From assembly GCA_044376115.1 (NCBI GenBank), contig JBILLK010000042.1, positions 1 to 58,619 on the forward strand: a stretch of DNA of 58,619 nt, in the 5' to 3' direction. Position 1 is the stretch's first letter. Each line of letters begins with the position of its first letter. Position numbers and translations under genes: made by a program. The notes under the pieces were generated by a model. It was given only the letters and a program-made list of their open reading frames with translations, was not told where the DNA came from and searched no databases. Below, in pieces: positions 1-9,750 of this stretch. This stretch comes from Polyangiaceae bacterium (GTDB taxonomy: Bacteria; Myxococcota_A; Polyangia; Polyangiales; Polyangiaceae).

Positions 1-120
1 CGGCTTTCTTGGGAGCGGCTTTCTTGGGAGCGGCTTTCTTGGGAGCGGCTTTCTTGGGAGCGGCTTTCTTGGGAGCGGCTTTCTTGGGAGCGGCTTTCTT
101 GGGAGCGGCTTTCTTGGGAG
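1..120. repeat. Perfect 15-bp tandem repeat CGGCTTTCTTGGGAG, 8 copies visible, truncated by the window edge
   Basis: Directly visible; encodes AAPKK on the minus strand. Confidence 0.97.
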
Positions 121-607
121 CGGCCTTCCTCAAGGATGGTCCAGCGGGCACGCTGGGCGGCGGCTCATCATCCGTCGTGTAGTAGGCGGAGCCGCCGTCT
201 GGCATGCTCTTGCCGAACTTGGTAAGGGCTTCACGGATCTTCCGTTCCAGCTCGCCGAAGTCGTACGGCTTGTTGAGCCAGGCATCCGCGGCGAACAGCC
301 CGGAGGTCAGATCATTGAGCGTCTCGCCGATGCCAGTGAGCATGACCACGGCGGTTTCAGCGCCGCGAGGTGAGTGCTTGACGCGTTTGCAAACCTCCCA
401 CCCGCTCATGCCCGGCATCATCACGTCGAGCAAGACCAGGTCGAAGCGACCACTTTCTGCAAGGTCCCAGGCTCGTTCCCCGTCACTGGCCTCGGTGACA
501 TGGAAGCCCTTTTGGCGCAGGAACCCGGCGTTCAAGCTGAGCATGGCAGGTTCGTCTTCGGCCACGAGCGCTTTGAGTTGGGTTTTTTCTTCGATCACGG
601 TGCGCAT
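1..607 (-). CDS. Response-regulator receiver protein with C-terminal (AAPKK)n basic tail; 3' end runs off the window
   Basis: Absent from the ORF track because it has no stop in the window. Manual translation from ATG at 607: LKALVAEDEPAM...FDLVLLDVMMPGMSGWEVCK...VVMLTG...WLNKPYD (REC motifs), then RKAAPKKAAPKK... Confidence 0.88.
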   Translation of the reverse strand, partial: MRTVIEEKTQLKALVAEDEPAMLSLNAGFLRQKGFHVTEASDGERAWDLAESGRFDLVLLDVMMPGMSGWEVCKRVKHSPRGAETAVVMLTGIGETLNDLTSGLFAADAWLNKPYDFGELERKIREALTKFGKSMPDGGSAYYTTDDEPPPSVPAGPSLRKAAPKKAAPKKAAPKKAAPKKAAPKKAAPKKAAPKKAAPKKA

Positions 608-810
608 CAAAGAGCACCTCGATCGAGGAGGCAAGCTTCTCGAACGTGAGGTAGCGCGCTTGAGGCCAGGCTGGGTCAGTTTTGATCCACCACGCTCCGT
701 CACATTCCGCAGCGAAGGCGCTACACTGACCCAAGCTATGCCTGAAGGTACGGGTCCGTTACCACGTGGGCATGCAACTCCTGTGGTCAGCGTAGAAAGC
801 AAGATGTTCC

Positions 811-2919
811 ATGACGAAAGCTGAAGCGGCACGGGTGCTCTCCCAGATTCGCTCACGCGCGACGCTGGTTGAGTGGAGACTGCGTGCGGCGCGGGTGCTG
901 GCGGTGCTTCCGGTGCTTCTCCCGGTCGCCGCCTTGCTGGCCGCGAGCTGCATCGCAGCGTTCAAGGTGCTTGCCTACGTTGCCAGTCATCTGCGGATCT
1001 GGCCCAAGGAAGGCCTCGACGCTGAGAGCTTTGACTTCAGCTACCAAACGCTGGTTGCGGCGCTCATCGCCATTGGCGCGTTGACCGTGCTGGTGATCGT
1101 GGGGTCGTTCCTGCGTCCGCTCCCTCCTCAGGCGGGAGCCTCGGCGCTCGACAAGAAGAACCAGACGGGCGGCCGACTGACGAACGCCTTGGCGTTTGCT
1201 GCGGTGCCAGAGGCCGAACGTAGCGAGATGATGGCGCTGGCGATCGAGGACGCGTGTGCCTTCGTTTCGACCAAGCCCAAAGAGGCACTGCGTACGGCTG
1301 AGGCGGCTCCCTTGTTCGCATCGCTGCTGCTGCCGCCGTGGGCTGCGTTGCCAGCAGGAGCAACCGCGGGGGGGCTGCTGTTCTTGGCGTTGTGGCTCTA
1401 TTTGCCGGCGCCTGAGCCGCCGCCGCCACCGCCTCCGGTCGTGGCGACGTCCAACGCCGTGGAGATGACGCAGGACGACCTCGACGCCTTCCGCGAGGTC
1501 GCGAAGGAGCTCGATGCGCAGGCGAAGTCTCCCGAGATGAAGGTAGCGGTCGAGAAGTTCAATCGACTGATCGAGGACCTCGCGCAGAAGCGCTTGGACA
1601 AAGAAGAGGCGCTCAAGCAGATGCAGGCGCTCGAGAACGAGCTGCTCTCCAACGCTGAGCTCGACAAGGCGAAGCTCGCGGACGAGCTAAATGAAACGGC
1701 GAAGCAGCTGGAGAAGAGCCCGCTCGCCAAAGAGGTCGCCGAGGCGCTCAAGAAGAACGATCTCTCGGCTGCGCAAAAGAAGCTCAAAGAGCTTGCGGAG
1801 GAGCTGCGTAAGAACCCGCTCAAGAAGAAGGACAAGGAAGCGCTCGAGAAGCTCCGCGAAGCCATGAAGAAGGCCGCCGAGCGCCGCAAGGAGATCGAGA
1901 AGAGCCTCGAGGAGCGTCGCGCAGAAATGCAGGAGCAGCTGCTCAAGAAGAAGAAGCAAATCGAGGAGCAGAAGGACCCGGCCAAGCGCGAAGAAGAGGA
2001 AAAGCTGCTTAAGAAGAAGGAGCGCGAGCTCGAGCGGCTAACCAAAGAAACCCAGCGTCAGCAGAGCGTCGACCGTCAACTCTCCCGTCTGGATCGTGAA
2101 CTCTCGCAAGCGGCGCAAGACCTGTTGCGGGAAATGGGTCTCACTCCCGAGGACCTGCAGAAGGCGGCCGAAGATCTCGAGCGCGCGGCCGAGGATCTCG
2201 AGCGCATGGAGAAGGAGGGCATGACCGATCAGCAGAAGGAAGAGCTGAAGAAGAAGCTCGAAGAACTTCGTGAGCTGATGAAGAACCAGGACAAGGGCGG
2301 GCAGGGCGCCAAAGACCGCTTGCGCAAATTCCTTCAGCGCTCCAAGGGCGGAAAGCCCGGCGATGGGGACGAGGGGCCGGAGGGCCAAAAGCCTGGCAAA
2401 GGCAAACAGGGCAAGGGCGGCAAAGAGGGCGACGGCGAAGGTGAGGGCGAGGGCGAAGGCAAAGGCCAGAACGGCAAGCAGCCCGGCGGCGATGGCGAGG
2501 GTGAAGGCGAGGGCGAAGGCGAAGGTCTTGCGCTAGGCAAAGGCAAAGGCCAAGGCGGCATCGAGATTCCTGTGCCGGGCCAAGGTCAAGGCCAGGGCGG
2601 CGACAAGCCGGGTGAGGGCGGCGGCAAAGGCGGCAAAGAGTGGGGAAACGGTTCGGGCGGTGATGTCGCTGGTGAAGCCACCAATCCCGGCTACGGTACC
2701 CTCGACGTCGAGCAGCAGGGGCTCGAGACGAATCAAGGACCCACCAAGAGCAAGACGATCCAGCAGGCAGCGGAAAAAGGCTTCAAAGGCACCGACTACG
2801 AGAAGGTGTTCAAGCAGTACCGAACCCACGCTGAAGAGAGCATCCGCAAGGAAGACATCCCGGATGGGTATCGTTTCTACGTGCAGCGCTACTTCCAACT
2901 AATCAGACCGCGCGACTGA
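811..2919 (+). CDS. Membrane-anchored coiled-coil protein with Gly/Glu-rich C-terminal region (MoxR-operon accessory protein)
   Basis: N-terminal hydrophobic helices, long E/K/Q/L coiled coil, GEGEG repeats, C-terminal IPDGYRFYVQRYF motif; 13 bp upstream of moxR. Confidence 0.8.
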   Translation: MTKAEAARVLSQIRSRATLVEWRLRAARVLAVLPVLLPVAALLAASCIAAFKVLAYVASHLRIWPKEGLDAESFDFSYQTLVAALIAIGALTVLVIVGSFLRPLPPQAGASALDKKNQTGGRLTNALAFAAVPEAERSEMMALAIEDACAFVSTKPKEALRTAEAAPLFASLLLPPWAALPAGATAGGLLFLALWLYLPAPEPPPPPPPVVATSNAVEMTQDDLDAFREVAKELDAQAKSPEMKVAVEKFNRLIEDLAQKRLDKEEALKQMQALENELLSNAELDKAKLADELNETAKQLEKSPLAKEVAEALKKNDLSAAQKKLKELAEELRKNPLKKKDKEALEKLREAMKKAAERRKEIEKSLEERRAEMQEQLLKKKKQIEEQKDPAKREEEEKLLKKKERELERLTKETQRQQSVDRQLSRLDRELSQAAQDLLREMGLTPEDLQKAAEDLERAAEDLERMEKEGMTDQQKEELKKKLEELRELMKNQDKGGQGAKDRLRKFLQRSKGGKPGDGDEGPEGQKPGKGKQGKGGKEGDGEGEGEGEGKGQNGKQPGGDGEGEGEGEGEGLALGKGKGQGGIEIPVPGQGQGQGGDKPGEGGGKGGKEWGNGSGGDVAGEATNPGYGTLDVEQQGLETNQGPTKSKTIQQAAEKGFKGTDYEKVFKQYRTHAEESIRKEDIPDGYRFYVQRYFQLIRPRD

Positions 2920-2932
2920 ACCGAGACAACGA

Positions 2933-3934
2933 ATGGCAAAGTCAGAAGAAAAAGAAACGCGCGAGGACGTGGTTCGTTTTCGCAAAAAGATCACCACGCT
3001 TCGCGAGGAGGTCGGCAAGGTGATCGTCGGCAACCAAGGGGTCGTCGATGGGGTTATCATCTGCATGCTCGCTGGGTCGCATGCGCTGCTCGAGGGTGTG
3101 CCCGGGCTGGGCAAGACGCTCTTGGTGAAGACGATGGCGGACGCCATGAGTCTGGCGTTCTCGCGTATTCAGTTCACCCCGGACATGATGCCGGCGGACA
3201 TCTTGGGCACCACGGTCATCTCGGACGACGGCGGCAAGCGGGAGCTGGTCTTTCGTCGCGGGCCCATCTTCGCGAACATCGTATTGGCCGACGAAATCAA
3301 CCGTGCCACGCCCAAGACGCAGTCCGCGTTGCTCGAGGCGATGCAAGAGCAGCGCATCACGGTGGCCAAGGAGACCTACCAACTCGACAAGCCGTTCTTC
3401 GTGTTGGCGACTCAGAACCCGCTCGAGAGCGAGGGCACCTATCCGTTGCCGGAGGCTCAGCTCGACCGCTTCTTCTTCAAGCTGCACGTCCCTTTCCCTG
3501 GTCGCGAGGAATTGCACCAAATCCTGAGTCGCACCACCGGCACTGACAACGACAAGGCCACCTCGGTGCTGACCAAGGAGGAGATCCTCCAGCTCCAGAG
3601 CCTGGTGCGCGAGGTCCCGGTCGCTCACCACGTGCAGGACTACATCGTGCGGTTGCTCCAAGCGACCCACCCTCAAACCTCGAGCTTCGACGTGGTGAAG
3701 CGCTTCGTGAAGTTTGGCTCCTCACCGCGTGGCGCGCAGGCGATCATGCTCGGCGCGAAGATCACGGCGTTGCTCGATGGGCGTTTCGCGCCAAGCATCG
3801 AGGATGTTCAAAAGACCGCTCTGCCCGCGTTGCGGCACCGCGTGCTCCTGAACTTCGAGGGCGAGGCTGAAGGCGTGGTCACCGACACCGTGATCAGCAC
3901 CGTGCTCAAGAGCCTTCCCACGACGGTGAAGTAA
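2933..3934 (+). CDS. moxR: MoxR-family AAA+ ATPase
   Basis: HALLEGVPGLGKT (Walker A), RIQFTPDMMPADI, LADEINRATPKTQSALLEAMQE, ATQNPLESEGTYPLPEAQLDRF. Confidence 0.96.
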   Translation: MAKSEEKETREDVVRFRKKITTLREEVGKVIVGNQGVVDGVIICMLAGSHALLEGVPGLGKTLLVKTMADAMSLAFSRIQFTPDMMPADILGTTVISDDGGKRELVFRRGPIFANIVLADEINRATPKTQSALLEAMQEQRITVAKETYQLDKPFFVLATQNPLESEGTYPLPEAQLDRFFFKLHVPFPGREELHQILSRTTGTDNDKATSVLTKEEILQLQSLVREVPVAHHVQDYIVRLLQATHPQTSSFDVVKRFVKFGSSPRGAQAIMLGAKITALLDGRFAPSIEDVQKTALPALRHRVLLNFEGEAEGVVTDTVISTVLKSLPTTVK

Positions 3935-3943
3935 CGACCTCGA

Positions 3944-4885
3944 ATGGGTTTGTTCGACTTTTTCACAGGTGGACCCAAGAGTCTTCGCGGTCGCGCGAAG
4001 GTGGTTGAGGAGAACCTCTTCGACGACGAGTTTCAGCGTCGGCTGGACCACCTCGCCCTCGTCTCCAAGCGCATCTTCTCGGGCGCTATGCGCGCAGAGC
4101 GGCGGACCAAGAAGGTCGGTAGCGGCGTCGAGTTTGCCGATCATCGCGACTACGCGCCCGGCGATGATCTGCGATCGCTCGATTGGGCCGCCTACAGTCG
4201 GTTCCAGCGCTTGCTGGTCCGCCTTTACGAAGAGGAAGAGGACCTCAGCATCTACTTCATCATCGACACGTCGAGTTCGATGGCCTTCGGTGACGGCGAA
4301 AAGCTGCGCCAGGCAAAGCGCCTCACCGCAGCGCTCGCCTATGTCGGCTTGGCCAACCTGGATCGCGTGACCATCGTCAGCGCCACCGACTCGATCTCCG
4401 GGCGCATGCCGGAAACACGGGGGAAGGCGCGGATCTTTCGCATCTTCCGCTTCTTGTCGGGGTTGCCAGGGGACGGCCACACTGATCTCGAGGACAGCCT
4501 CAAGACCTTTGTCGCGCAACACAAGCGTCGCGGGCTGGCTGTGTTGATCAGCGACCTGTACGACGCCAAGGGCTTTGAAAAGGGCATCAACGTCCTTCGC
4601 TACAACAAGTTCGAGCCGTTCGTGCTCCACGTCACCGACTCCGCCGACCGCTCACCGGAGCTGCGTGGAGATGTGCGCGTCTATGATTGCGAGACGGGCG
4701 ACGAGCGCGAGGTGACCGTGACCGGCAATGTGCTCGAGCGCTACGCCAAGGCCTACGACGCATACGTCGACGAGGTGCGTCGCTTCTGTTCACGCAAACA
4801 AGTGAGCTATTACGAGGCGAGCGTGGATTTGCCCTTCGATGAGCTCATTCTGCGGGTGTTTCGGCGCGGAGGGTTTCTGCGCTAG
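3944..4885 (+). CDS. DUF58 domain protein
   Basis: GSGVEFADHRDYAPGDDLRSLDW and IIDTSSSMAFG motifs; directly after moxR. Confidence 0.93.
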   Translation: MGLFDFFTGGPKSLRGRAKVVEENLFDDEFQRRLDHLALVSKRIFSGAMRAERRTKKVGSGVEFADHRDYAPGDDLRSLDWAAYSRFQRLLVRLYEEEEDLSIYFIIDTSSSMAFGDGEKLRQAKRLTAALAYVGLANLDRVTIVSATDSISGRMPETRGKARIFRIFRFLSGLPGDGHTDLEDSLKTFVAQHKRRGLAVLISDLYDAKGFEKGINVLRYNKFEPFVLHVTDSADRSPELRGDVRVYDCETGDEREVTVTGNVLERYAKAYDAYVDEVRRFCSRKQVSYYEASVDLPFDELILRVFRRGGFLR

Positions 4886-6825
4886 TGCATTTCGTCGGGC
4901 TACCTCTGTCACAGTTGTTGACCGCCTTCGGAGTGGTGGGTGGTCTCGTCGTCGTCTTCTACATCTTGAAGTTGAAGCGGCGCCCCGTGCCGGTTCCCTT
5001 CTCCCGCCTGTGGGAGAAGATCCTCCGCGACAAGCAGGCAACTTCGCTCTTTTCGCAGCTCAAAAGGCTGCTCTCGCTGTTGCTCCAGCTGCTGATCGTC
5101 GCGCTGATGATCTTTGCGATGGGCGATCCGCGAACCACCATCAATCTGCGCGAAGGCCGCAACATCGTGGTGCTCGTCGATGCCAGCGCGAGCATGCAAG
5201 CGACCGATGAATCGCCCACTCGACTCGAGCGTGGGCGGGCTGCGCTGAAGGATGTCGTGCGTGGGCTCGGGGCGAGCGACCGCCTACTGATCGCCCAGAT
5301 GGACTCGACTACGACGCCTCTCTCGACCATGACGAGCGAGGTGAGTGAGCTCGAGAAGGCTCTCGCCGCAGTCACGCCCACCGATACCCGGGCCGACTTC
5401 CCGCGCGCCCTTCGCTTCGCGATGGACACCCTGCGTGGGCTGCCTTCGCCGGAGATCATCGTGGTCTCGGATGGCGCCTTGGGCGAGCCGCGAGATTCGC
5501 TCGGCCTGGTCGACTTGGAGCGGGTGAAGCTCTCGTTCATCCCGGTCGGCGAGGTGACCGCCAATGTAGCCATCACCGCCTTTTCGGTGCGGCGCTATCC
5601 GCTCGATAAGAGTCGCTATGAGGCCATGTTGGAGCTGTCCAATACTGGCGAAGAGGAGGTCACCGTCGAGCTCCGCGTCTACGGCGATGGGCTGCTCAAT
5701 GACACCTCGCGCTTGCGCCTCAAAGCGAAGGAGAAAAACCTCCGCTTCTTGCCCAGCCTTTCAGGGGCTTCCCACCAACTCAAGGCTGAGGTCTTGCTCG
5801 TTCAAGGCGCAGAGAACTCGACCACCACGGTACCGGATGCGTTGCCGACGGACAACGTCGCGTACGCGTTGATGCCCGAGCGGCGGCGCGCGCGCGTGCA
5901 GGTGGTGTCGCAGGGCAACCTCTATCTCGATGCGGCGCTGCTGCTCGACGAGTACCTGGACGTGATCACCGTCGCGCCCGACAAATACCCGGCCGAGGGG
6001 AAGTTCGATGTCACCATCTTCGACAGTGTCTCGCTGCGCCCGAGCGAAAACAGTGGGCACCTCTTCTTCCTCAACCCCTCCGGGAAAGACCTGCCGTTCA
6101 CCGTCGAGAAGGAGGTCCTCGACGACGACCCGCAGAGTCCGCTCGGCTTCGACGAGATCTTGAGTGAGCACCCGATCGTTCGCCATACCGAGCTGAGCGA
6201 CGTCAACGTTGGCCGGGTGAAGATCCTCAAAGGTGAAAAGGAAGACAAGATCGTCGGCGCGAGCTTCAAAGGGCCGATCTTGCTGGCGGGTCGTCGAGCA
6301 GGGTTCAAGTTCGTGGCGCTCGGCTTCGATATTCGCGAGAGCGACCTGCCACTGCGGATTTCCTGGCCGTTGCTCGTGCTCAACACCATCAATGACTTTG
6401 TGGAAGAAGACGCCAGTTACCTCTCGAGCTTTTCGACCGGGGGCGTTTGGCGAGTCCCTGCGCCCTCGCAGTTGCAGACCGTGAAGGTGATCGAGCCAAG
6501 CGGCAAAGAACGCAAAATACCGGTCGACGATGGGCGTGCGGTGATGCTTGGGCAGCGCGCTGGGTTCTACTCGCTCGAGTCGGAAGAGCTCGACCCAGCC
6601 ACGCGTGAGCCGACCTTCAAGGCCGAGTTCGCGGCAAACCTAGTGGACCCGCGTGAGAGTGCGATCGCTCCGGTGAAAGAGCTGACCGTGGGTGACAAGA
6701 GCGCTGGCGAGGTCGGTGGATTCTCGGTCGGTGTACGACGGGAGAATTGGATCTACCTGCTGCTCGCGGTGATCGCCATCAGCGCCATTGAGTGGCTCAC
6801 CTTCCATCGCAGGGTAACCGTATGA
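4885..6825 (+). CDS. BatA N-terminal + VWA domain membrane protein
   Basis: YILKLKRRPVPVPFSRLW (BatA-like), MIDAS DASASM, VVSDG, C-terminal TM ending IEWLTFHRR. Confidence 0.88.
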   Translation: MHFVGLPLSQLLTAFGVVGGLVVVFYILKLKRRPVPVPFSRLWEKILRDKQATSLFSQLKRLLSLLLQLLIVALMIFAMGDPRTTINLREGRNIVVLVDASASMQATDESPTRLERGRAALKDVVRGLGASDRLLIAQMDSTTTPLSTMTSEVSELEKALAAVTPTDTRADFPRALRFAMDTLRGLPSPEIIVVSDGALGEPRDSLGLVDLERVKLSFIPVGEVTANVAITAFSVRRYPLDKSRYEAMLELSNTGEEEVTVELRVYGDGLLNDTSRLRLKAKEKNLRFLPSLSGASHQLKAEVLLVQGAENSTTTVPDALPTDNVAYALMPERRRARVQVVSQGNLYLDAALLLDEYLDVITVAPDKYPAEGKFDVTIFDSVSLRPSENSGHLFFLNPSGKDLPFTVEKEVLDDDPQSPLGFDEILSEHPIVRHTELSDVNVGRVKILKGEKEDKIVGASFKGPILLAGRRAGFKFVALGFDIRESDLPLRISWPLLVLNTINDFVEEDASYLSSFSTGGVWRVPAPSQLQTVKVIEPSGKERKIPVDDGRAVMLGQRAGFYSLESEELDPATREPTFKAEFAANLVDPRESAIAPVKELTVGDKSAGEVGGFSVGVRRENWIYLLLAVIAISAIEWLTFHRRVTV

Positions 6826-9668
6826 GCGAACCGACCGAGACGCCCGAGCGAACGGCTCCACCGTCGAGAGCCCCGCGCGCGCTCACGCCTCCTCGAAGGG
6901 CCGCCAAGTGGCTGAAGGTAGTGGCGTGGTTGGTCTCTGCCACCGCGTTCGGCCTGTTGCTCTTCCACTTCTATCGTAAGTACGTCCTGCTCCACCCCGA
7001 TCCGAGCATCGCCTTCACCCGCGACGGTGTGGACTACCAACTGCTGAACCCTCGGCTGCTTGGCGTGGGCTTGATTGCACCTTGGTTCCTCCTGATTCTG
7101 CCAGCCTCGTTGGCCGATCTTCCGTGGCCCCAGCGAGCGTTGTCGCTGCTGCTTCGAATCGCGTTCATCGCGATGCTTGGGCTTGGGCTCTCGCGCTTGG
7201 TAGAAACGGCTACCACCGACAAGGCCTGCACCGTCTACCTCGTCGACGTCTCCAACTCGGTTCCTGACGAGGCCCTCTCCGACGCCAAGGAGGTGATCCA
7301 AAAGGCCCTCGCCGAGAAGCCCGCGGAGGGAACCGTGCGCATCGTGACCTTCGCCGAGCGACCACGGCTCGTGGAGTTGGCGGAGGACGGTTCCTTCGCG
7401 ATCGAAAGGCACGCCGAGACTAAGCCGGATGGTAAGCTCGATGACCGCGGCGCTGGGTCGAACCTCGAGTCGGCGTTGCAATTGGCCTACGGCCTCTACC
7501 CGCCGGGCTATCTCAAGCGCGCGGTACTCATCTCCGACGGCGCCGAGACCGAAGGGGACCTGCTCGCCGAGGCCAACCGAGCCGCCGAGTTCGGCATTCG
7601 GCTCTTCACCATCCCGTACACCCGGCCGCTGCCAGGCGAGGTCGCGGTGCAAGAGCTGAAGATGCCCGCGCGAGTGAAGGTGGGCGAGACGTTCGAACCC
7701 AAGGCGAAGATCTACGCCAGCCGGGCGACCAAAGCGCGAGCACGGCTGTATCAGGGCGAGGTGCTCAACGGGCTGGACGGCGTTCGCGAGCTTACGCTCG
7801 CTGCAGGTCCGAACGAGATTTCGTTCAAGAGCGTGGTTCGCGTTGCAGGCCCCGTCACCTACGCACTCGAGCTCGACCAAATCGGCGATGACCGCTTCCC
7901 TGACAATAACCGCGTAGCGGTCACGCTCGACGTTCCGGGGCGACCTGCGGTGCTCTACATCGAAGGGACGCCCGAGCAAGCGAGCGCCCTCTCCGGCGCA
8001 CTTACGGCGCAACAGTTCGACGTCGAGATCCGGTCGCCGGTCGGCTTTCCGGGTTCGATCGAGGAGATCTCTCGTTACGACTTCGTGGTGGTGAGCGACG
8101 TCGAGAAGTCGCGGCTCGAGCTTTCGGCGCAAGATCTGATCGAGCGCTACGTCCGCGATTTAGGCGGTGGTTTCTTGTTTGCCGGCGGTGAGTCGAGCTT
8201 TGGCCTCGGCGGCTGGAATCACACGACGATCGAGCGAATTCTGCCGGTCAAAATGGACTCCGACTCGAAGAAGGAGATGCCCAGCGTCGCGCTGGTACTG
8301 GTGCTCGATCGCTCCGGGTCGATGACCGGTAATCCGATGGAGATGGCCAAAGCTGCGGCCAAAGCGACGGTGGATACGCTCGCTCCCGACGACCTGATCG
8401 AGGTGATCGCCTTCGACAACGCGCCGAATCGCTACGTGAAGATGCAACCCGCGCGGAATCAAGCGCGCATCACCAGTGACATCGCTCGCATTCAACCGGG
8501 CGGTGGCACCGAGATCTTCACCGCGCTCGACGCGGCCTTCCAAGATTTGACCGTCACCCAAGCGCGCCGCAAACACGTGATCCTGCTCACCGACGGTCGG
8601 GCCAACACCACCGGCATCAACGACCTGGTGGCTGGCATGGTCGCCGAATCGATCACGATCACCACCGTCGGCTTGGGCAACGATCTCGATGAGTCGTTCC
8701 TTCGCGGCATCGCCGAGACCGGCGGCGGCCGTTTTCACTCGGTGCCCGACGCAAACAGCCTGCCCAAGATCTTCACCAAAGAGACCGAGATGATCGCGAA
8801 GTCGGCGGCGGTGGAGGAGTGGTTCCAGGTCACGCAGACTGGGGAGGCACAGTTCCTCAATGGTCTCGATATCCGAACCGCACCGTTCCTCCACGGCTAC
8901 GTCTCGACGCAGATGAAGCCAATGCCGGCGGAAGAGATCCTCGTAAGCGACACGGCCGAGCCGATCCTTGCGCGTTGGCGCGTGGGCCTCGGTTGGTCGC
9001 TCGCCTGGACGAGCGATGTGAAGCCTCGTTGGGCGGTGGAGTGGATCAAGTGGCCCGGCTTCGAGCGCTTCTGGGGCCAACTCGTGCGCGAACACATGCG
9101 TCAGAAGCACACGCGTGAGCTCGATATGAAGGCCGAGGTGGTGAACGGCCATTTGAAGGCTTCGGTCGACGCCTTCACTACCGACGAGCGCTTCGACAAC
9201 AACCTACAAAGTCGATTGACCATCACCGGTCCAGAGCCGAAGGGCGAGACGCGGGTGGTGGACCTGCGGCAGGTCGCCCCGGGGCGCTACGAGGTGGACC
9301 TACCGCTCGAGAAATACGGCAGCTTCCTATTGAAGGCCGAGCACCTCAAGGAGCAGCCCGACGGCTCGCTGAAGGTCAGCGCCGTAAGCTACGGTCACGT
9401 CTCCAACCCCTATCCCAAGGAGTACGCGAGCTTCGAGCCCAACCGAGTCGTGCTTGCGCGGGCGGCGGAAGCAGCAGGCGGCGAGTTCGAGCCGAAGGAT
9501 GTGGCCACTGTGTTCGATCCGCGAGGCGAGCAGGTGACCTACTACAAGGACCTTTGGAACCGCTTCATCATGGCGGCGGTCGTGCTCTTCTTGCTCGATC
9601 TCCTGGTGCGACGAGTGCGGATCTTCGACCGCAAGTTCGTGGCCAAGCCGCGCCGCTTCGCGAGCTGA
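6822..9668 (+). CDS. Double-VWA membrane protein with a central glutamine-amidotransferase-like (DUF1355-type) segment
   Basis: DVSNS and DRSGSM MIDAS motifs, LISDG/LLTDG, GGGFLFAGGESSFGLGGW; ATG 6822 overlaps the upstream stop (ATGA). Confidence 0.88.
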   Translation: MSEPTETPERTAPPSRAPRALTPPRRAAKWLKVVAWLVSATAFGLLLFHFYRKYVLLHPDPSIAFTRDGVDYQLLNPRLLGVGLIAPWFLLILPASLADLPWPQRALSLLLRIAFIAMLGLGLSRLVETATTDKACTVYLVDVSNSVPDEALSDAKEVIQKALAEKPAEGTVRIVTFAERPRLVELAEDGSFAIERHAETKPDGKLDDRGAGSNLESALQLAYGLYPPGYLKRAVLISDGAETEGDLLAEANRAAEFGIRLFTIPYTRPLPGEVAVQELKMPARVKVGETFEPKAKIYASRATKARARLYQGEVLNGLDGVRELTLAAGPNEISFKSVVRVAGPVTYALELDQIGDDRFPDNNRVAVTLDVPGRPAVLYIEGTPEQASALSGALTAQQFDVEIRSPVGFPGSIEEISRYDFVVVSDVEKSRLELSAQDLIERYVRDLGGGFLFAGGESSFGLGGWNHTTIERILPVKMDSDSKKEMPSVALVLVLDRSGSMTGNPMEMAKAAAKATVDTLAPDDLIEVIAFDNAPNRYVKMQPARNQARITSDIARIQPGGGTEIFTALDAAFQDLTVTQARRKHVILLTDGRANTTGINDLVAGMVAESITITTVGLGNDLDESFLRGIAETGGGRFHSVPDANSLPKIFTKETEMIAKSAAVEEWFQVTQTGEAQFLNGLDIRTAPFLHGYVSTQMKPMPAEEILVSDTAEPILARWRVGLGWSLAWTSDVKPRWAVEWIKWPGFERFWGQLVREHMRQKHTRELDMKAEVVNGHLKASVDAFTTDERFDNNLQSRLTITGPEPKGETRVVDLRQVAPGRYEVDLPLEKYGSFLLKAEHLKEQPDGSLKVSAVSYGHVSNPYPKEYASFEPNRVVLARAAEAAGGEFEPKDVATVFDPRGEQVTYYKDLWNRFIMAAVVLFLLDLLVRRVRIFDRKFVAKPRRFAS

Positions 9669-9750
9669 GACTCGCGCTCAATCGACGGAGCCATCCAGCG
9701 CAGCGCGCGCGCGCCGACCTCTCGGCCAGTCGCGTGCCGAGAAGTCTTAG

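Noticed and set aside
1..120. Possible CRISPR array
   Set aside because: 15-bp units are contiguous with no spacers and are in-frame coding; no cas genes seen
204..824. 206-aa plus-strand ORF
   Set aside because: Antisense shadow of the minus-strand receiver gene; the same applies to most short overlapping ORFs in this GC-rich track
2410..2530. GGCGAAGGTGAGGGCGAG-type repeats
   Set aside because: Explained by the low-complexity GEGEG protein sequence
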